A stretch of 64,000 nt of DNA from a virus (Duplodnaviria > Caudoviricetes), in the IMG/VR virus record IMGVR_UViG_3300025120_010521; one strand, written 5' to 3'. This document shows positions 48,809 to 58,014 of the stretch, piece after piece (the stretch's first letter is position 1; each line of letters starts with the position of its first letter). Made by a program: the position numbers and the translations under genes. Under the pieces are notes generated by a model. It was not told the origin of the DNA, did no database searches, and saw only the letters and a list, made by a program, of their open reading frames with translations.

Positions 48809-49051
48809 TTATTTTTTTTCTATTTTTTCTGAAAAAAGTTCAATTTTTTGGCCAGGTCCAACTTTACTAGGTAAATCACCATATGTTTCTGCATATTTTT
48901 TTATTACTTCTATATAGAATACAGTAGAATTATGGTGACATTTTTTATTAATTTCTGATAATCCATTATTTGTGCTATCAATGTGAGTTGCTAAAGCCCT
49001 TGCGGCCTCTTTTTGTAGTGTACGTAAATCTAATGTTTCTAAATCTATCAT
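48809..49051 (-). CDS. Hypothetical protein
   Basis: ORF track. Confidence 0.6.
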   Translation of the reverse strand: MIDLETLDLRTLQKEAARALATHIDSTNNGLSEINKKCHHNSTVFYIEVIKKYAETYGDLPSKVGPGQKIELFSEKIEKK

Positions 49052-49052
49052 A

Positions 49053-49328
49053 TTATTTCTTTAACTTATTTAATACACGATCATTTGCTGATATTCTTGT
49101 TTTTATCATATATCCTTTTGCACCATTATATGGATTTTGCATATAAGATTCATTTACCCAATAATATTTAAAAAAAATCATATCTCCGTCATCAAGTTTT
49201 ACTGGATACCAGGCAAAACATTTTCTCCATCTTGAATTCCATTGTGGTAAATTCATTTTTTGCTTACCCCAATTTCCTAGATAGTTGACATCTATAATTT
49301 GTATGTTTCTTGATAACCACTGCAACAT
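49053..49328 (-). CDS. Hypothetical protein (start uncertain)
   Basis: WRKCFAWYPVKL motif. Confidence 0.55.
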   Translation of the reverse strand: MLQWLSRNIQIIDVNYLGNWGKQKMNLPQWNSRWRKCFAWYPVKLDDGDMIFFKYYWVNESYMQNPYNGAKGYMIKTRISANDRVLNKLKK

Positions 49329-49353
49329 TTTTTTTCATACCTTTTAATCTTTG

Positions 49354-49430
49354 TGGCGGGAGTGAAGGGACTCGAACCCTCGGCCTTCCGCGTGACAGGC
49401 GGACGCTCTAACCAACTGAGCTACACCCCC
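49354..49430 (-). tRNA. tRNA-Asp(GUC)
   Basis: GGGGGTGTAGCTCAGTTGGTTAGAGCG-TCCGC-CTGTCAC-GCGGA...GTTCGAGTCC...CACTCCCGCCA. Confidence 0.97.
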
Positions 49431-49996
49431 ATTAGAGGTTCTCCCATTCTATTCTTGATATCTTGATAAAATGCTTCAATCAAAATCTCAATGGCTTTTG
49501 ATTCAGGTATACCTCTACTTCTAAGATAAAATACCTGCTCTTGATCCAGTGGACCTGTTGTTGCACCATGTGAACATATTGTATCATCATTTTTGATATC
49601 TAGTTCTGGTTTTGAAAATGCAAAAGAATCATCATCTAATAATAAATTTTTATTCAACATATGACTTTCACATCCTGTTACACCTTTTGGAATGGTAATC
49701 TTTCCTTCAAAAGAACTTTCACAGTCCTTATTTACGAATCTAAAATCTTGATCACATTTAGACTTCTTGCCTTTGTGTGTTACTTTTGTAACGACCTTCG
49801 GATCTCTTCCTTCATTATGGAACAAGCCATACATTTCACAAGAAGCGTTCTCTTCTAAATCTATATTAATCTTTACATCAACACCAGCACGATCATGGAA
49901 AAATAATCTAGCGAATGAGTTTGGTTTCAAAGTGTAATTTAAAACTGCGTCCTTTTCTAAGTTTATAGTTTCTGTGTGAGTATTTTTTATTTCCAT
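49421..49996 (-). CDS. sufD: Short SufD (C-terminal beta-helix only); stop inside tRNA-Asp
   Basis: FEGKI, NKNLLL, KPELDIKNDDTICSHGATTG, FYLRSRGI. Confidence 0.85.
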   Translation of the reverse strand: MEIKNTHTETINLEKDAVLNYTLKPNSFARLFFHDRAGVDVKINIDLEENASCEMYGLFHNEGRDPKVVTKVTHKGKKSKCDQDFRFVNKDCESSFEGKITIPKGVTGCESHMLNKNLLLDDDSFAFSKPELDIKNDDTICSHGATTGPLDQEQVFYLRSRGIPESKAIEILIEAFYQDIKNRMGEPLMGV

Positions 49997-51444
49997 TATC
50001 CCACAGAACCTTCCATGCTAACTTCTAATAATTTGTTGGCTTCGACAGCAAACTCCATAGGAAGTTTTTGGAATACTTCTTTACAAAATCCTGATACTAG
50101 TAAGTTGGTTGCATCTTCTTCGTTTAAACCTCTTGCTCTCATGTAGAATAATTGATCTTCATCTATCTTAGATGTTGTGGCTTCGTGATTACAAGTACTC
50201 TTTCTTGTTTTACTATCAATGTAAGGAATAGTTATAGCAGAACATTCATTGCCCATCATTAAAGAATCACAGGCAGTAAAGTTTTTGGCTCCTGTGGCAC
50301 GTTTACCAATTTGAACTAATCCTCTGTAAGTGTTAGTGGATTTACCTGCTGAAATACCCTTTGAGATTATTGTGCTTTTGGTATTTTTTCCTATGTGTAT
50401 CATTTTAGTGCCTGTGTCTGCCATTTGATATCCATTTGTTAATGCAACTGAAAAGAATTCTCCAACAGAGTTATCTCCTTTTAGTATACATGAAGGATAC
50501 TTCCATGTCAATCTACTTCCTGTTTCAAACTGTGTCCAAGTTATACGAGAGTTTTCTCCTTTACACAAACCTCTTTTAGTTACAAAATTATAAATACCAC
50601 CTTTGCCTGTTTCAGGATCTCCTGGATACCAATTTTGTATTGTTGAATATTTTATTTCTGCATCTTTCATAGCAATTAATTCTACGTTGGCCGCATGTAA
50701 TTGATTTTCGTCACGCATTGGTGCTGTACAGCCTTCTAAATAACTTACATAACTACCTTCATCAGCAACAATCAGTGTTCTTTCGAACTGTCCTGTGTTT
50801 GAAGCATTTATTCTAAAGTATGTTGATAGTTCCATTGGACATCTTGTGTTCTTAGGAATGTAACAAAATGTACCATCTGAAAATACTGCTGAATTAAGTG
50901 TAGCAAAATAATTATCTGAACGTGGAATAACTGTGCCTAAATATTTTTTAACAAGGTCAGGATATTTTTCTACTGCTTCACCAAATGAACAAAATATAAT
51001 TCCTTTTTCTAATAATTCTTTATGATACGTTGTTGCTACAGATACAGAATCAAATACAGCATCTACTGCCACTCCTGCCAATGCCGCTTGTTCTGATGTA
51101 GGAATACCTAACTTTTCAAATGTAGCAAGTACTTCAGGATCAACTTCATCCATTGACTCTAGTTTTGGTTTTGGTTTAGAATAATAACTTAATCCCTGAT
51201 AATCTATAGGATCAATTTCAAGTGTTGACCAATCTGGTTCTTTCATTTCTGTCCAACGTTTATATGCTTTTAACCTATAGTCCAACAACCATTCCGGCTC
51301 TTTTTTCATTTTTGAAAGTCTTGTAACTATTTCTTCGTTGAGACCTGGTTCAAATGTTTCACTTTCCACATTGGTAACGAATCCAGCACTATATTCTTTA
51401 GATAAGTTATCTTCAATTTTTTTTCTATCTTTTACTTTTGGCAT
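49996..51444 (-). CDS. sufB: Fe-S cluster assembly protein SufB
   Basis: [43 protein letters not shown]; start moved to MPKVK. Confidence 0.96.
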   Translation of the reverse strand: MPKVKDRKKIEDNLSKEYSAGFVTNVESETFEPGLNEEIVTRLSKMKKEPEWLLDYRLKAYKRWTEMKEPDWSTLEIDPIDYQGLSYYSKPKPKLESMDEVDPEVLATFEKLGIPTSEQAALAGVAVDAVFDSVSVATTYHKELLEKGIIFCSFGEAVEKYPDLVKKYLGTVIPRSDNYFATLNSAVFSDGTFCYIPKNTRCPMELSTYFRINASNTGQFERTLIVADEGSYVSYLEGCTAPMRDENQLHAANVELIAMKDAEIKYSTIQNWYPGDPETGKGGIYNFVTKRGLCKGENSRITWTQFETGSRLTWKYPSCILKGDNSVGEFFSVALTNGYQMADTGTKMIHIGKNTKSTIISKGISAGKSTNTYRGLVQIGKRATGAKNFTACDSLMMGNECSAITIPYIDSKTRKSTCNHEATTSKIDEDQLFYMRARGLNEEDATNLLVSGFCKEVFQKLPMEFAVEANKLLEVSMEGSVG

Positions 51445-51455
51445 ACTACTATTTA

Positions 51456-51531
51456 TGGTGGGTAATACAGGACTCGAACCTATGACCCTCTCGGTGTAAA
51501 CGAGATGCTCTACCAACTGAGCTAATCACCC
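51456..51531 (-). tRNA. tRNA-Val(UAC)
   Basis: GGGTGATTAGCTCAGTTGGTAGAGCA-TCTCG-TTTACAC-CGAGA...GTTCGAGTCC...ATTACCCACCA. Confidence 0.97.
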
Positions 51532-51920
51532 TTAATATTGATTTCTGTTAAGCCTCGTTCTCTATTCAAATACTTGTACTCAACTTTTACAGGATCAAAT
51601 TGTTTAATTTCTTCAAATATAACATCTGTTGGTAAACTACCACAAGTATATACGTCAAGTTGTAATAATCCTGGATCTGTTTCGTCCCAACAATGTAATG
51701 CTATATGAGATGTTTCAATAATCACTAAACCAGTTAAGCCTCTATTACCAGGCATGTTTAGATATGTTGTAATTGGTCCTTGACATATTTGCATACCAAT
51801 TTTTGCTACTAAATCTGTTAACCATGTATGAGCCCATTTTTGATTAGTAGGTGGTTTTTTTACTTCAGCTCTAACTATTAGATGTTTGTGTTCAACTGTC
51901 ATTTTAAAACTAATGGACAA
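51522..51920 (-). CDS. speD: S-adenosylmethionine decarboxylase-like proenzyme; stop inside tRNA-Val
   Basis: [18 protein letters not shown]...LDVYTCG. Confidence 0.75.
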   Translation of the reverse strand: MSISFKMTVEHKHLIVRAEVKKPPTNQKWAHTWLTDLVAKIGMQICQGPITTYLNMPGNRGLTGLVIIETSHIALHCWDETDPGLLQLDVYTCGSLPTDVIFEEIKQFDPVKVEYKYLNRERGLTEINIKGD

Positions 51921-53263
51921 TATTCTTCGATTGCCATATTCCTATTTTTATCTAAAACTTTATTAAACTTAACAAAATCATCATAGTACTTTTTATGCTT
52001 GTTATCATTTAGGCAACTTGTTAACCAATGAATAACATTATTAAACTGTGTTTCTAATCTATATCTATCTTCTTCACTATGCATTGTGCTTTTTAATAAG
52101 TCTACATTTACTTTTTTTATTTTTTTTATACTTTCATCTAATATACTAACAGGTAATACATTAGAATGCAAGTGTTTAGGCCATTGTAATCTTGATGTGT
52201 GCCAATTACATTTTAACTCATTAACTATCCATGTTCCTGTTTCTGCCAAATATGGAGTATTTAATGCTTGAACTGTTGTTGTAGCTTTTATTTCTACTTT
52301 ACTTCCAAGTTCTTTTCTTACTATTGCTAGATTTTCTTTTAATAACCAACTATCAGCACCATGTCTTATATATTCATTTCTTTTTGGATCACCATCAATA
52401 CTAATTGTAAGTTTAATACTTTTAAATTTTTTCCAAAGTTCAATAATATCCATTTTTTTACTAAAGTTTAACTTGCTAAGATTAGTACTATATTTTAAAA
52501 TAATATTTTCAGTCTTTATGTTTTCTTGTTCGCCTAGTATCTTTAAAATTTTAAATACTAAAGGATCTAATAAAGGTTCACCGCCTGCAAATTCTACTTC
52601 ATCTAATGACGGGGCAAGTTCTTTAAATTCTTCAATAAAGTTTTTCTGTTGTTCAAATAAATTGATTAGCGGACTTTTATGCATGTTGAAACGTTTAATA
52701 TCATTTTCAACCGGGCCTCTATCTCCTTCCGGATAAAACTCTTTTACACTATCCCAATCTGCCATCCAAGGTGTAGAATCTTTTGGCCAACACATTCTAC
52801 ATTTAAAATTACATAAATTTGATGGCTTTAATTCTAATACTGGAATTGTAAAAGGAAATGTATCTGATTTATTATTTGAATAGTCTATCCAATCTTTTAC
52901 ATTTTTAGAGTATCTATCTATTCTTGTAATATTTTGTCCTTGACGTAAACTCATTATACCTTTATTTTCCATTGACCAACAATTTACACATTCAGGTAAA
53001 TTATTTTTGTTGCCACTAATCATATCTTGTCTAATTTTGTTCATACGGTCACTATACCATATATCTTTAAATGTAGTATCTGAAGCATCTGCTATTTTTT
53101 GAGACCTACAGCACAAACGTATTTGTCCGTTTGGTGTTGTACTTAAATGCATAAAAGGTTGTATACAGAACGTATCAGTATTTAAATCATTATCAAGTTT
53201 TTTAGATAATTGATTTATCTTATCAACTGAGTATTTTTGTTGTTCGTCATTAGAGTTAGCCAT
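51899..53263 (-). CDS. Radical SAM protein with Twitch-like N-domain
   Basis: FCIQPF...RLCC; CNFKCRMC; FAGGEP; ATG start chosen over TTG. Confidence 0.88.
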   Translation of the reverse strand: MANSNDEQQKYSVDKINQLSKKLDNDLNTDTFCIQPFMHLSTTPNGQIRLCCRSQKIADASDTTFKDIWYSDRMNKIRQDMISGNKNNLPECVNCWSMENKGIMSLRQGQNITRIDRYSKNVKDWIDYSNNKSDTFPFTIPVLELKPSNLCNFKCRMCWPKDSTPWMADWDSVKEFYPEGDRGPVENDIKRFNMHKSPLINLFEQQKNFIEEFKELAPSLDEVEFAGGEPLLDPLVFKILKILGEQENIKTENIILKYSTNLSKLNFSKKMDIIELWKKFKSIKLTISIDGDPKRNEYIRHGADSWLLKENLAIVRKELGSKVEIKATTTVQALNTPYLAETGTWIVNELKCNWHTSRLQWPKHLHSNVLPVSILDESIKKIKKVNVDLLKSTMHSEEDRYRLETQFNNVIHWLTSCLNDNKHKKYYDDFVKFNKVLDKNRNMAIEEYCPLVLK

Positions 53264-53291
53264 ACATTTTACCTTCAAAAAGTAAGCCTAA

Positions 53292-54041
53292 CTACTTTTT
53301 TTTAAAAATTGGAATTGGGTCCATTTTATGTAGATTCAGCTTTCTTATGCTATGATATTTATCTAGTAAATCTATGTCTGGTCCAATTGCAATAGCACCT
53401 TTTTCGTCTAGTTCCATTGCTCTTTCCATTTGTTCATAAGATAAACCGCCTAGCTGATCTTTATCTGTTCTACCATCTTCCCATAACCCATCGGTTGGAG
53501 GTGCATCAATTATTTCTTGTAGGACACCTAAATCTTTTCCTAGTTGCCAAACTTCTGATTTCATTAGGTCTGCTAATGGAGATATATCAACTCCGCCATC
53601 ACCATATTTTGTATAAAAACCTACTCCAAAGTCTTCTACTTTATTACCTGTGCCTACAACAAGTCCTTTTTTAGCACCCGATATATGATGTAGTGTAAGC
53701 ATTCTAAGTCTTGCTTTTGTGTTTGCAAATGCATGTTCACTGCCGTAATCATTAAATGTATCTAACCAAAATCTTTCATAAGTCCTATTTAGATCAATTA
53801 CTTCATGTGTTACATTGTTAAATTTTTCTTCTAACCAAGATCCATGATCCATACTTAAATCATGTTGATCTTCAATTTGGTTTATTGGCATAGAGACTGC
53901 AATGGTTTTCATTCTAGTCATAGCACACAATGTACTGACTACTGACGAATCAATGCCTCCTGATATTCCTACTACTAATGTTTTACGATTATTTTCGTTG
54001 GCGTATCTTTTTATCCATTTAGAAATGTCGTCTTGTATCAT
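53292..54041 (-). CDS. nadE: NH3-dependent NAD+ synthetase
   Basis: VGISGGIDS, NTKARLRM, GTGNKVED, YTKYGDG, PTDGLW. Confidence 0.95.
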   Translation of the reverse strand: MIQDDISKWIKRYANENNRKTLVVGISGGIDSSVVSTLCAMTRMKTIAVSMPINQIEDQHDLSMDHGSWLEEKFNNVTHEVIDLNRTYERFWLDTFNDYGSEHAFANTKARLRMLTLHHISGAKKGLVVGTGNKVEDFGVGFYTKYGDGGVDISPLADLMKSEVWQLGKDLGVLQEIIDAPPTDGLWEDGRTDKDQLGGLSYEQMERAMELDEKGAIAIGPDIDLLDKYHSIRKLNLHKMDPIPIFKKK

Positions 54042-54047
54042 GGAGTA

Positions 54048-54404
54048 TTATCTCCTTTTGACTTTTTTCTTTGGAGTGCCGTATTCAGCCGCCTCGGCTT
54101 CTTTCCTTAATTTAAAAGCTCTTCTTATTGCACGTTTTTTATCTTCACGTTTTACAAAAGATGGCTTCATGTAGTATCTTCTATCACGAAGTTCTTGCAT
54201 GACTCCTTCTTTTAATAACATCTTTTTAAGTTTACGCATAGCTTTTTCAACGTTGTTGTCAACAACTGCAACAGCCATACCTGGTAACTTAGGTGGACGT
54301 GGTCTTCTCTCTTTGAAATCTCTTTTGTTAGAATTAGAATTATATTCTATATCAAAAGATTTTACATCAATTTTTTGTCTAGGTTTTCCTGTTTTCATAT
54401 TCAT
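54048..54404 (-). CDS. rpsU: 30S ribosomal protein bS21 with basic N-terminal extension
   Basis: NNVEKAMRKLKK...EGVMQELRDRRYYMKPS..KR. Confidence 0.88.
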   Translation of the reverse strand: MNMKTGKPRQKIDVKSFDIEYNSNSNKRDFKERRPRPPKLPGMAVAVVDNNVEKAMRKLKKMLLKEGVMQELRDRRYYMKPSFVKREDKKRAIRRAFKLRKEAEAAEYGTPKKKVKRR

Positions 54405-54413
54405 AATACTCTT

Positions 54414-54441
54414 ATATTAACATCTTTACAATATTTGTCAA
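54414..54441 (-). promoter_or_regulatory. Sigma70 extended -10 promoter of rpsU
   Basis: TTGACA-16-TAATAT preceded by TGT. Confidence 0.55.
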
Positions 54442-54998
54442 CTCTTTTTTGTATCACTATCTTTATCTTTAGTAATAACAGCTATAATTCTGTTTCCAGC
54501 TTGTTTTGGTGGTGAATCATATTTAGTTTGCTCTAATTTTTTAACCATCATATTAATTTGATCAATGAACATTCTGCCGTTTGGTATTTCTCTACCTCGT
54601 AGCTTCATAACTATTTTTACCTTATCTCCATCGTTAATAAACTCTTGAGCTTTTTTAAGTTTAACATTAAGATCATGTACATCAATATTTGGCCTAAATT
54701 GTAATTCACGTAACTCTATTCTATTTTGTCTTTCAAGTTTTTTCTTTTGCTTGTCTTTTTTTTGTTTTTCATAGTTCCATTTTCCAAAATCCATAATACG
54801 ACATACAGGCGGATCAGCTTTTACTGTTGTGCATATAAGATCTAAATTACTTTCTTTTGCTTTTGAAAGTGCTGTTTTATTATCAACTATTCCAATAAAT
54901 GCTCCATCTGGGTCAATAAGTCTAACTTTTGGAAATGTAATTGCTGAATTTAACAATACACTTGGTTGTTGATTTCTGTAACGAAATGGTTTTTTCAC
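54438..54998 (-). CDS. infC: Translation initiation factor IF3
   Basis: VRLID, DPPVCRIMDFGKWNYE, ELQFRPNIDVHDLNVK, KVKIVMKLRGRE; ATG start. Confidence 0.93.
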   Translation of the reverse strand: MKKPFRYRNQQPSVLLNSAITFPKVRLIDPDGAFIGIVDNKTALSKAKESNLDLICTTVKADPPVCRIMDFGKWNYEKQKKDKQKKKLERQNRIELRELQFRPNIDVHDLNVKLKKAQEFINDGDKVKIVMKLRGREIPNGRMFIDQINMMVKKLEQTKYDSPPKQAGNRIIAVITKDKDSDTKKS

Positions 54999-56254
54999 TA
55001 TGCTCCGTTTTTCTTATCTACTGTTTTGTAAATTAGCATTGGTGACTTACTTTCTGTTATTACTGTATCATTAATTACAATTTTTTCAACATCTTGTTGT
55101 TTTAGTAATGGCAATTCATATTGTAATTCTAATAGAATTTTTTCAAGAACAGAACGTAATCCTCTAGCACCAATTTTCTTTTCTAATGCTTCACTGGCTA
55201 CAACTTCTATAGCTTCTTTTGTAAATTCTAATTTTACTCCATCTAACTTAAACATTTTTTCAAATTGTTTTAACACTGCGTTTTTTGGCTTGGTTAAAAC
55301 GTGTATAAGGTCTGTATGCGTTAAACTATGACATGCTACTACAACTGGCAGTCGACCTACCATTTCTGGTATAAGACCAAATTTAACAACATCATCCGGT
55401 TGTACTTTTGATAATATTTGATCAAATTCTTCTTGTGACTCAAAGTTAGACATAAATCCCATTGATGTGTTTACATTTAATCTACGTTTAACAATTTCAT
55501 CCAAACCAACAAATGCTCCACCACATATAAACAAAATATTTGTAGTATCAACTTCAATTAAATCTTGTTGTGGATGTTTTCTTCCTCCTTGTGGCGGAAC
55601 TCTAACAGTTGTACCTTCAAGTAATTTTAATAATGCTTGTTGTACACCTTCACCTGATACATCTCTTGTAATTGATGTGTTTTCTGACTTACGTGACTTT
55701 TTGTCTATTTCGTCAATATATACAATACCTCGTTGGGCACGGTCAACATCAAAATCACAACTTTGTAACAGTCTTAGAATAATATTTTCAACATCATCAC
55801 CAACATAACCACTTTCAGTTAATGTTGTTGCATCTGCTTGGGCAAATGGTACATCTAAATAATCTGCAACTTTCTGAGCCAACAATGTTTTACCGCAACC
55901 ACTTGGCCCAGCTAATAATACATTTGACTTTTCTAATTCTACTCCGTCAACAACAGGATTATTTAATCTTTTATAATGATTATAAACTGCAACACTTAAA
56001 ACTTTTTTTGCTTGTTCTTGTCCAATTACATGTTCATCTAAATGTAATTTTAATTCATCAGGTATAATAACTTTTAAGGCTTTAGTTTCTTTGCCGTCTG
56101 CTTTTTGAATATCGTTTTCTTCTAATATTGAATAGCATAAGTCTACACATTCATTACATATATAAACTTTAGGTCCTGCAATTAGTTTTGTAACTTTAGA
56201 TCTTTCTTTACCACAGAACGAACAACTGTAGGAATCATCTTTTTTCTTAACCAT
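54998..56254 (-). CDS. clpX: ClpX ATPase
   Basis: CSFC...CNEC Zn finger; GPSGCGKT; YIDEIDK; [14 protein letters not shown]; MGF loop; GARGLR. Confidence 0.97.
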   Translation of the reverse strand: MVKKKDDSYSCSFCGKERSKVTKLIAGPKVYICNECVDLCYSILEENDIQKADGKETKALKVIIPDELKLHLDEHVIGQEQAKKVLSVAVYNHYKRLNNPVVDGVELEKSNVLLAGPSGCGKTLLAQKVADYLDVPFAQADATTLTESGYVGDDVENIILRLLQSCDFDVDRAQRGIVYIDEIDKKSRKSENTSITRDVSGEGVQQALLKLLEGTTVRVPPQGGRKHPQQDLIEVDTTNILFICGGAFVGLDEIVKRRLNVNTSMGFMSNFESQEEFDQILSKVQPDDVVKFGLIPEMVGRLPVVVACHSLTHTDLIHVLTKPKNAVLKQFEKMFKLDGVKLEFTKEAIEVVASEALEKKIGARGLRSVLEKILLELQYELPLLKQQDVEKIVINDTVITESKSPMLIYKTVDKKNGA

Positions 56255-56255
56255 T

Positions 56256-56438
56256 CTAATCCTTCTTGTCTATTTTACCAACATAAGGTTTAATCCAACC
56301 AACCGGCTTTGGCTTATCCTTTGATTTTTTTAAACTGTCAGCTTTTATTGTTTTATTTATAATAGCACGATTTTGCTCAATGTCAATCTCTTTTTTAAAT
56401 TCTTTCATAGACAATCTAAGGTCTTCTTTAAATTTCAT
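56256..56438 (-). CDS. Track ORF; probably the tail of the -1 frameshift product of 56597..57991
   Basis: Frame is open 55 codons further upstream, to the A9 run at 56603-56611. Confidence 0.55.
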   Translation of the reverse strand: MKFKEDLRLSMKEFKKEIDIEQNRAIINKTIKADSLKKSKDKPKPVGWIKPYVGKIDKKD

Positions 56439-56596
56439 TATTATTTCTGGCCTACCTAAAAGTTGACTTACTTGTATTTGTTCTTTAGGTTTTATTTCTA
56501 TTTCTTCAACCTTAATTTGTTTGTGAGTTATTTCTTTTTTCTCTGGAATTATATTAACATTATCTTCAATATTTAATTGAATTCTGTCATTCGCGG

Positions 56597-57991
56597 TCAG
56601 TCTTTTTTTTTCTTAACGTCATCATTTGATTTGACATTTATCGACTCATCGATGTTAATAACTGTTTTTTCTGGTTTTTCTTTTGCTATTTGATTCTGAT
56701 ATTCTAATTGCTCTTGTAATTCTTGTTCTGTTTGTGAAAGTTTTTCACGAAATTCATCTAGTTCAACTTCATGTCTTTTTTTTAGATCATCAATAACTTC
56801 ATCATCTAAATTAGATTGGTTATCATCTTGTTTAGGTTCTTCACTAGTAGAATACTTTTTTACTAATTCTGGATCATATTGTTTTTCAAACCCTCTACCA
56901 AAGCGTCTAATAAACGACATGTTTGCCGCAATTAAAAGTAATACAGCAAGTGGATCAAATACAAATATGATAATAATAATTACCCAACGTACTGCCGCTT
57001 CTAATAAATTTTGATTTGCTTCTTGTCCATACACGAATTCAGCAATATATTTTAATGGACCAACTTCAACTTCTAATTGTGCTTGTTTGCTAATTAATAC
57101 AATTTTATCTTCATTAACTGTGTCAATTTTATCTTGTTCAGCTTCAATTTGATCTTCTAGTGCAATAATTTTACCGTCAATATCACCTGTCTTTGTGTTT
57201 GCTTGGCCTTTGTAATCTTGTATTATTGTTTCAATACTTTTAATTTGATCAGTATATTTAGAATCGACTCCAGCAAGATCTTCTTTTAATTTAGTTTGTG
57301 TTTGTACTATTATCTTTTGAGCCGCTGATGCTACAGCAAGTTCATTTGCTGTTGCTTTTGCTATTGCTTCATCTAAACCTTTTTTACTAAATGATCCTTT
57401 AAAACGTTCTTGTGCCGCGGCAATGTCTGCTTCTTTACGTTCTTGTGCTTGTACAAGTCTATTGTTTTGTAATTCAATATCTTTATCTGCTTGATCTCTT
57501 AATGTTTGTTTTTCACTGTCAATACGTGCATATAGTTTATCTAGTTCTACAAGCTCTTTATCAATTAAATTATCAACTCTAACATCTTCGCCTTTTGATA
57601 ATCTTTGAATATCTAAAGACCAACGTTCTATTCTATTTTCTGAACGTAATAACTTTTCTTCAATGGTTGCTAATTTTTCTGTACCAATTGTACCTAATGA
57701 TGTTTGCTCAACATGTGCTTTGGATAAAAAACCAAATATACCCATTGACGTAATAAACATTAATACTACTACTGCTATAGACAAATATGATTTAATAAGA
57801 ATTGGCGTTACTTTCCAATTTTGGTATAGCCATGAAGCTGTAACAAGTTTTCCAACTTCTAATACTGAACCCATAACCATAATTGGAATCGCCGCACCTG
57901 CAAAGATTGCCGCCAAACCTAGTATGGAATAATATATTGCAACTGCTGAAATACTTAGGGCAGTCACCAATGTTAATAGCGCCATAAACAT
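56597..57991 (-). CDS. Multi-TM membrane protein with long coiled coil
   Basis: N-terminal TMs (LEVGKLVTASWL), coiled coil, EVGPLKYIAE, IFVFDPLAVLLLIAAN; ends AAG AAA AAA AAA GAC TGA. Confidence 0.85.
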   Translation of the reverse strand: MFMALLTLVTALSISAVAIYYSILGLAAIFAGAAIPIMVMGSVLEVGKLVTASWLYQNWKVTPILIKSYLSIAVVVLMFITSMGIFGFLSKAHVEQTSLGTIGTEKLATIEEKLLRSENRIERWSLDIQRLSKGEDVRVDNLIDKELVELDKLYARIDSEKQTLRDQADKDIELQNNRLVQAQERKEADIAAAQERFKGSFSKKGLDEAIAKATANELAVASAAQKIIVQTQTKLKEDLAGVDSKYTDQIKSIETIIQDYKGQANTKTGDIDGKIIALEDQIEAEQDKIDTVNEDKIVLISKQAQLEVEVGPLKYIAEFVYGQEANQNLLEAAVRWVIIIIIFVFDPLAVLLLIAANMSFIRRFGRGFEKQYDPELVKKYSTSEEPKQDDNQSNLDDEVIDDLKKRHEVELDEFREKLSQTEQELQEQLEYQNQIAKEKPEKTVINIDESINVKSNDDVKKKKD

Positions 57992-58014
57992 AATAATATT
58001 ATTTATATGAAATT

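Noticed and set aside
51445-51516. 24-aa N-terminal extension of SufB in the track
   Set aside because: It is just translation through tRNA-Val; homology-like sequence begins at MPKVK (51444).
53270-53303. A_AAA_AAG at the end of nadE as a third frameshift
   Set aside because: The -1 frame closes after six codons (VVRLTF) and does not join the next gene. It also shows such runs arise by chance, which tempers the two reported cases.
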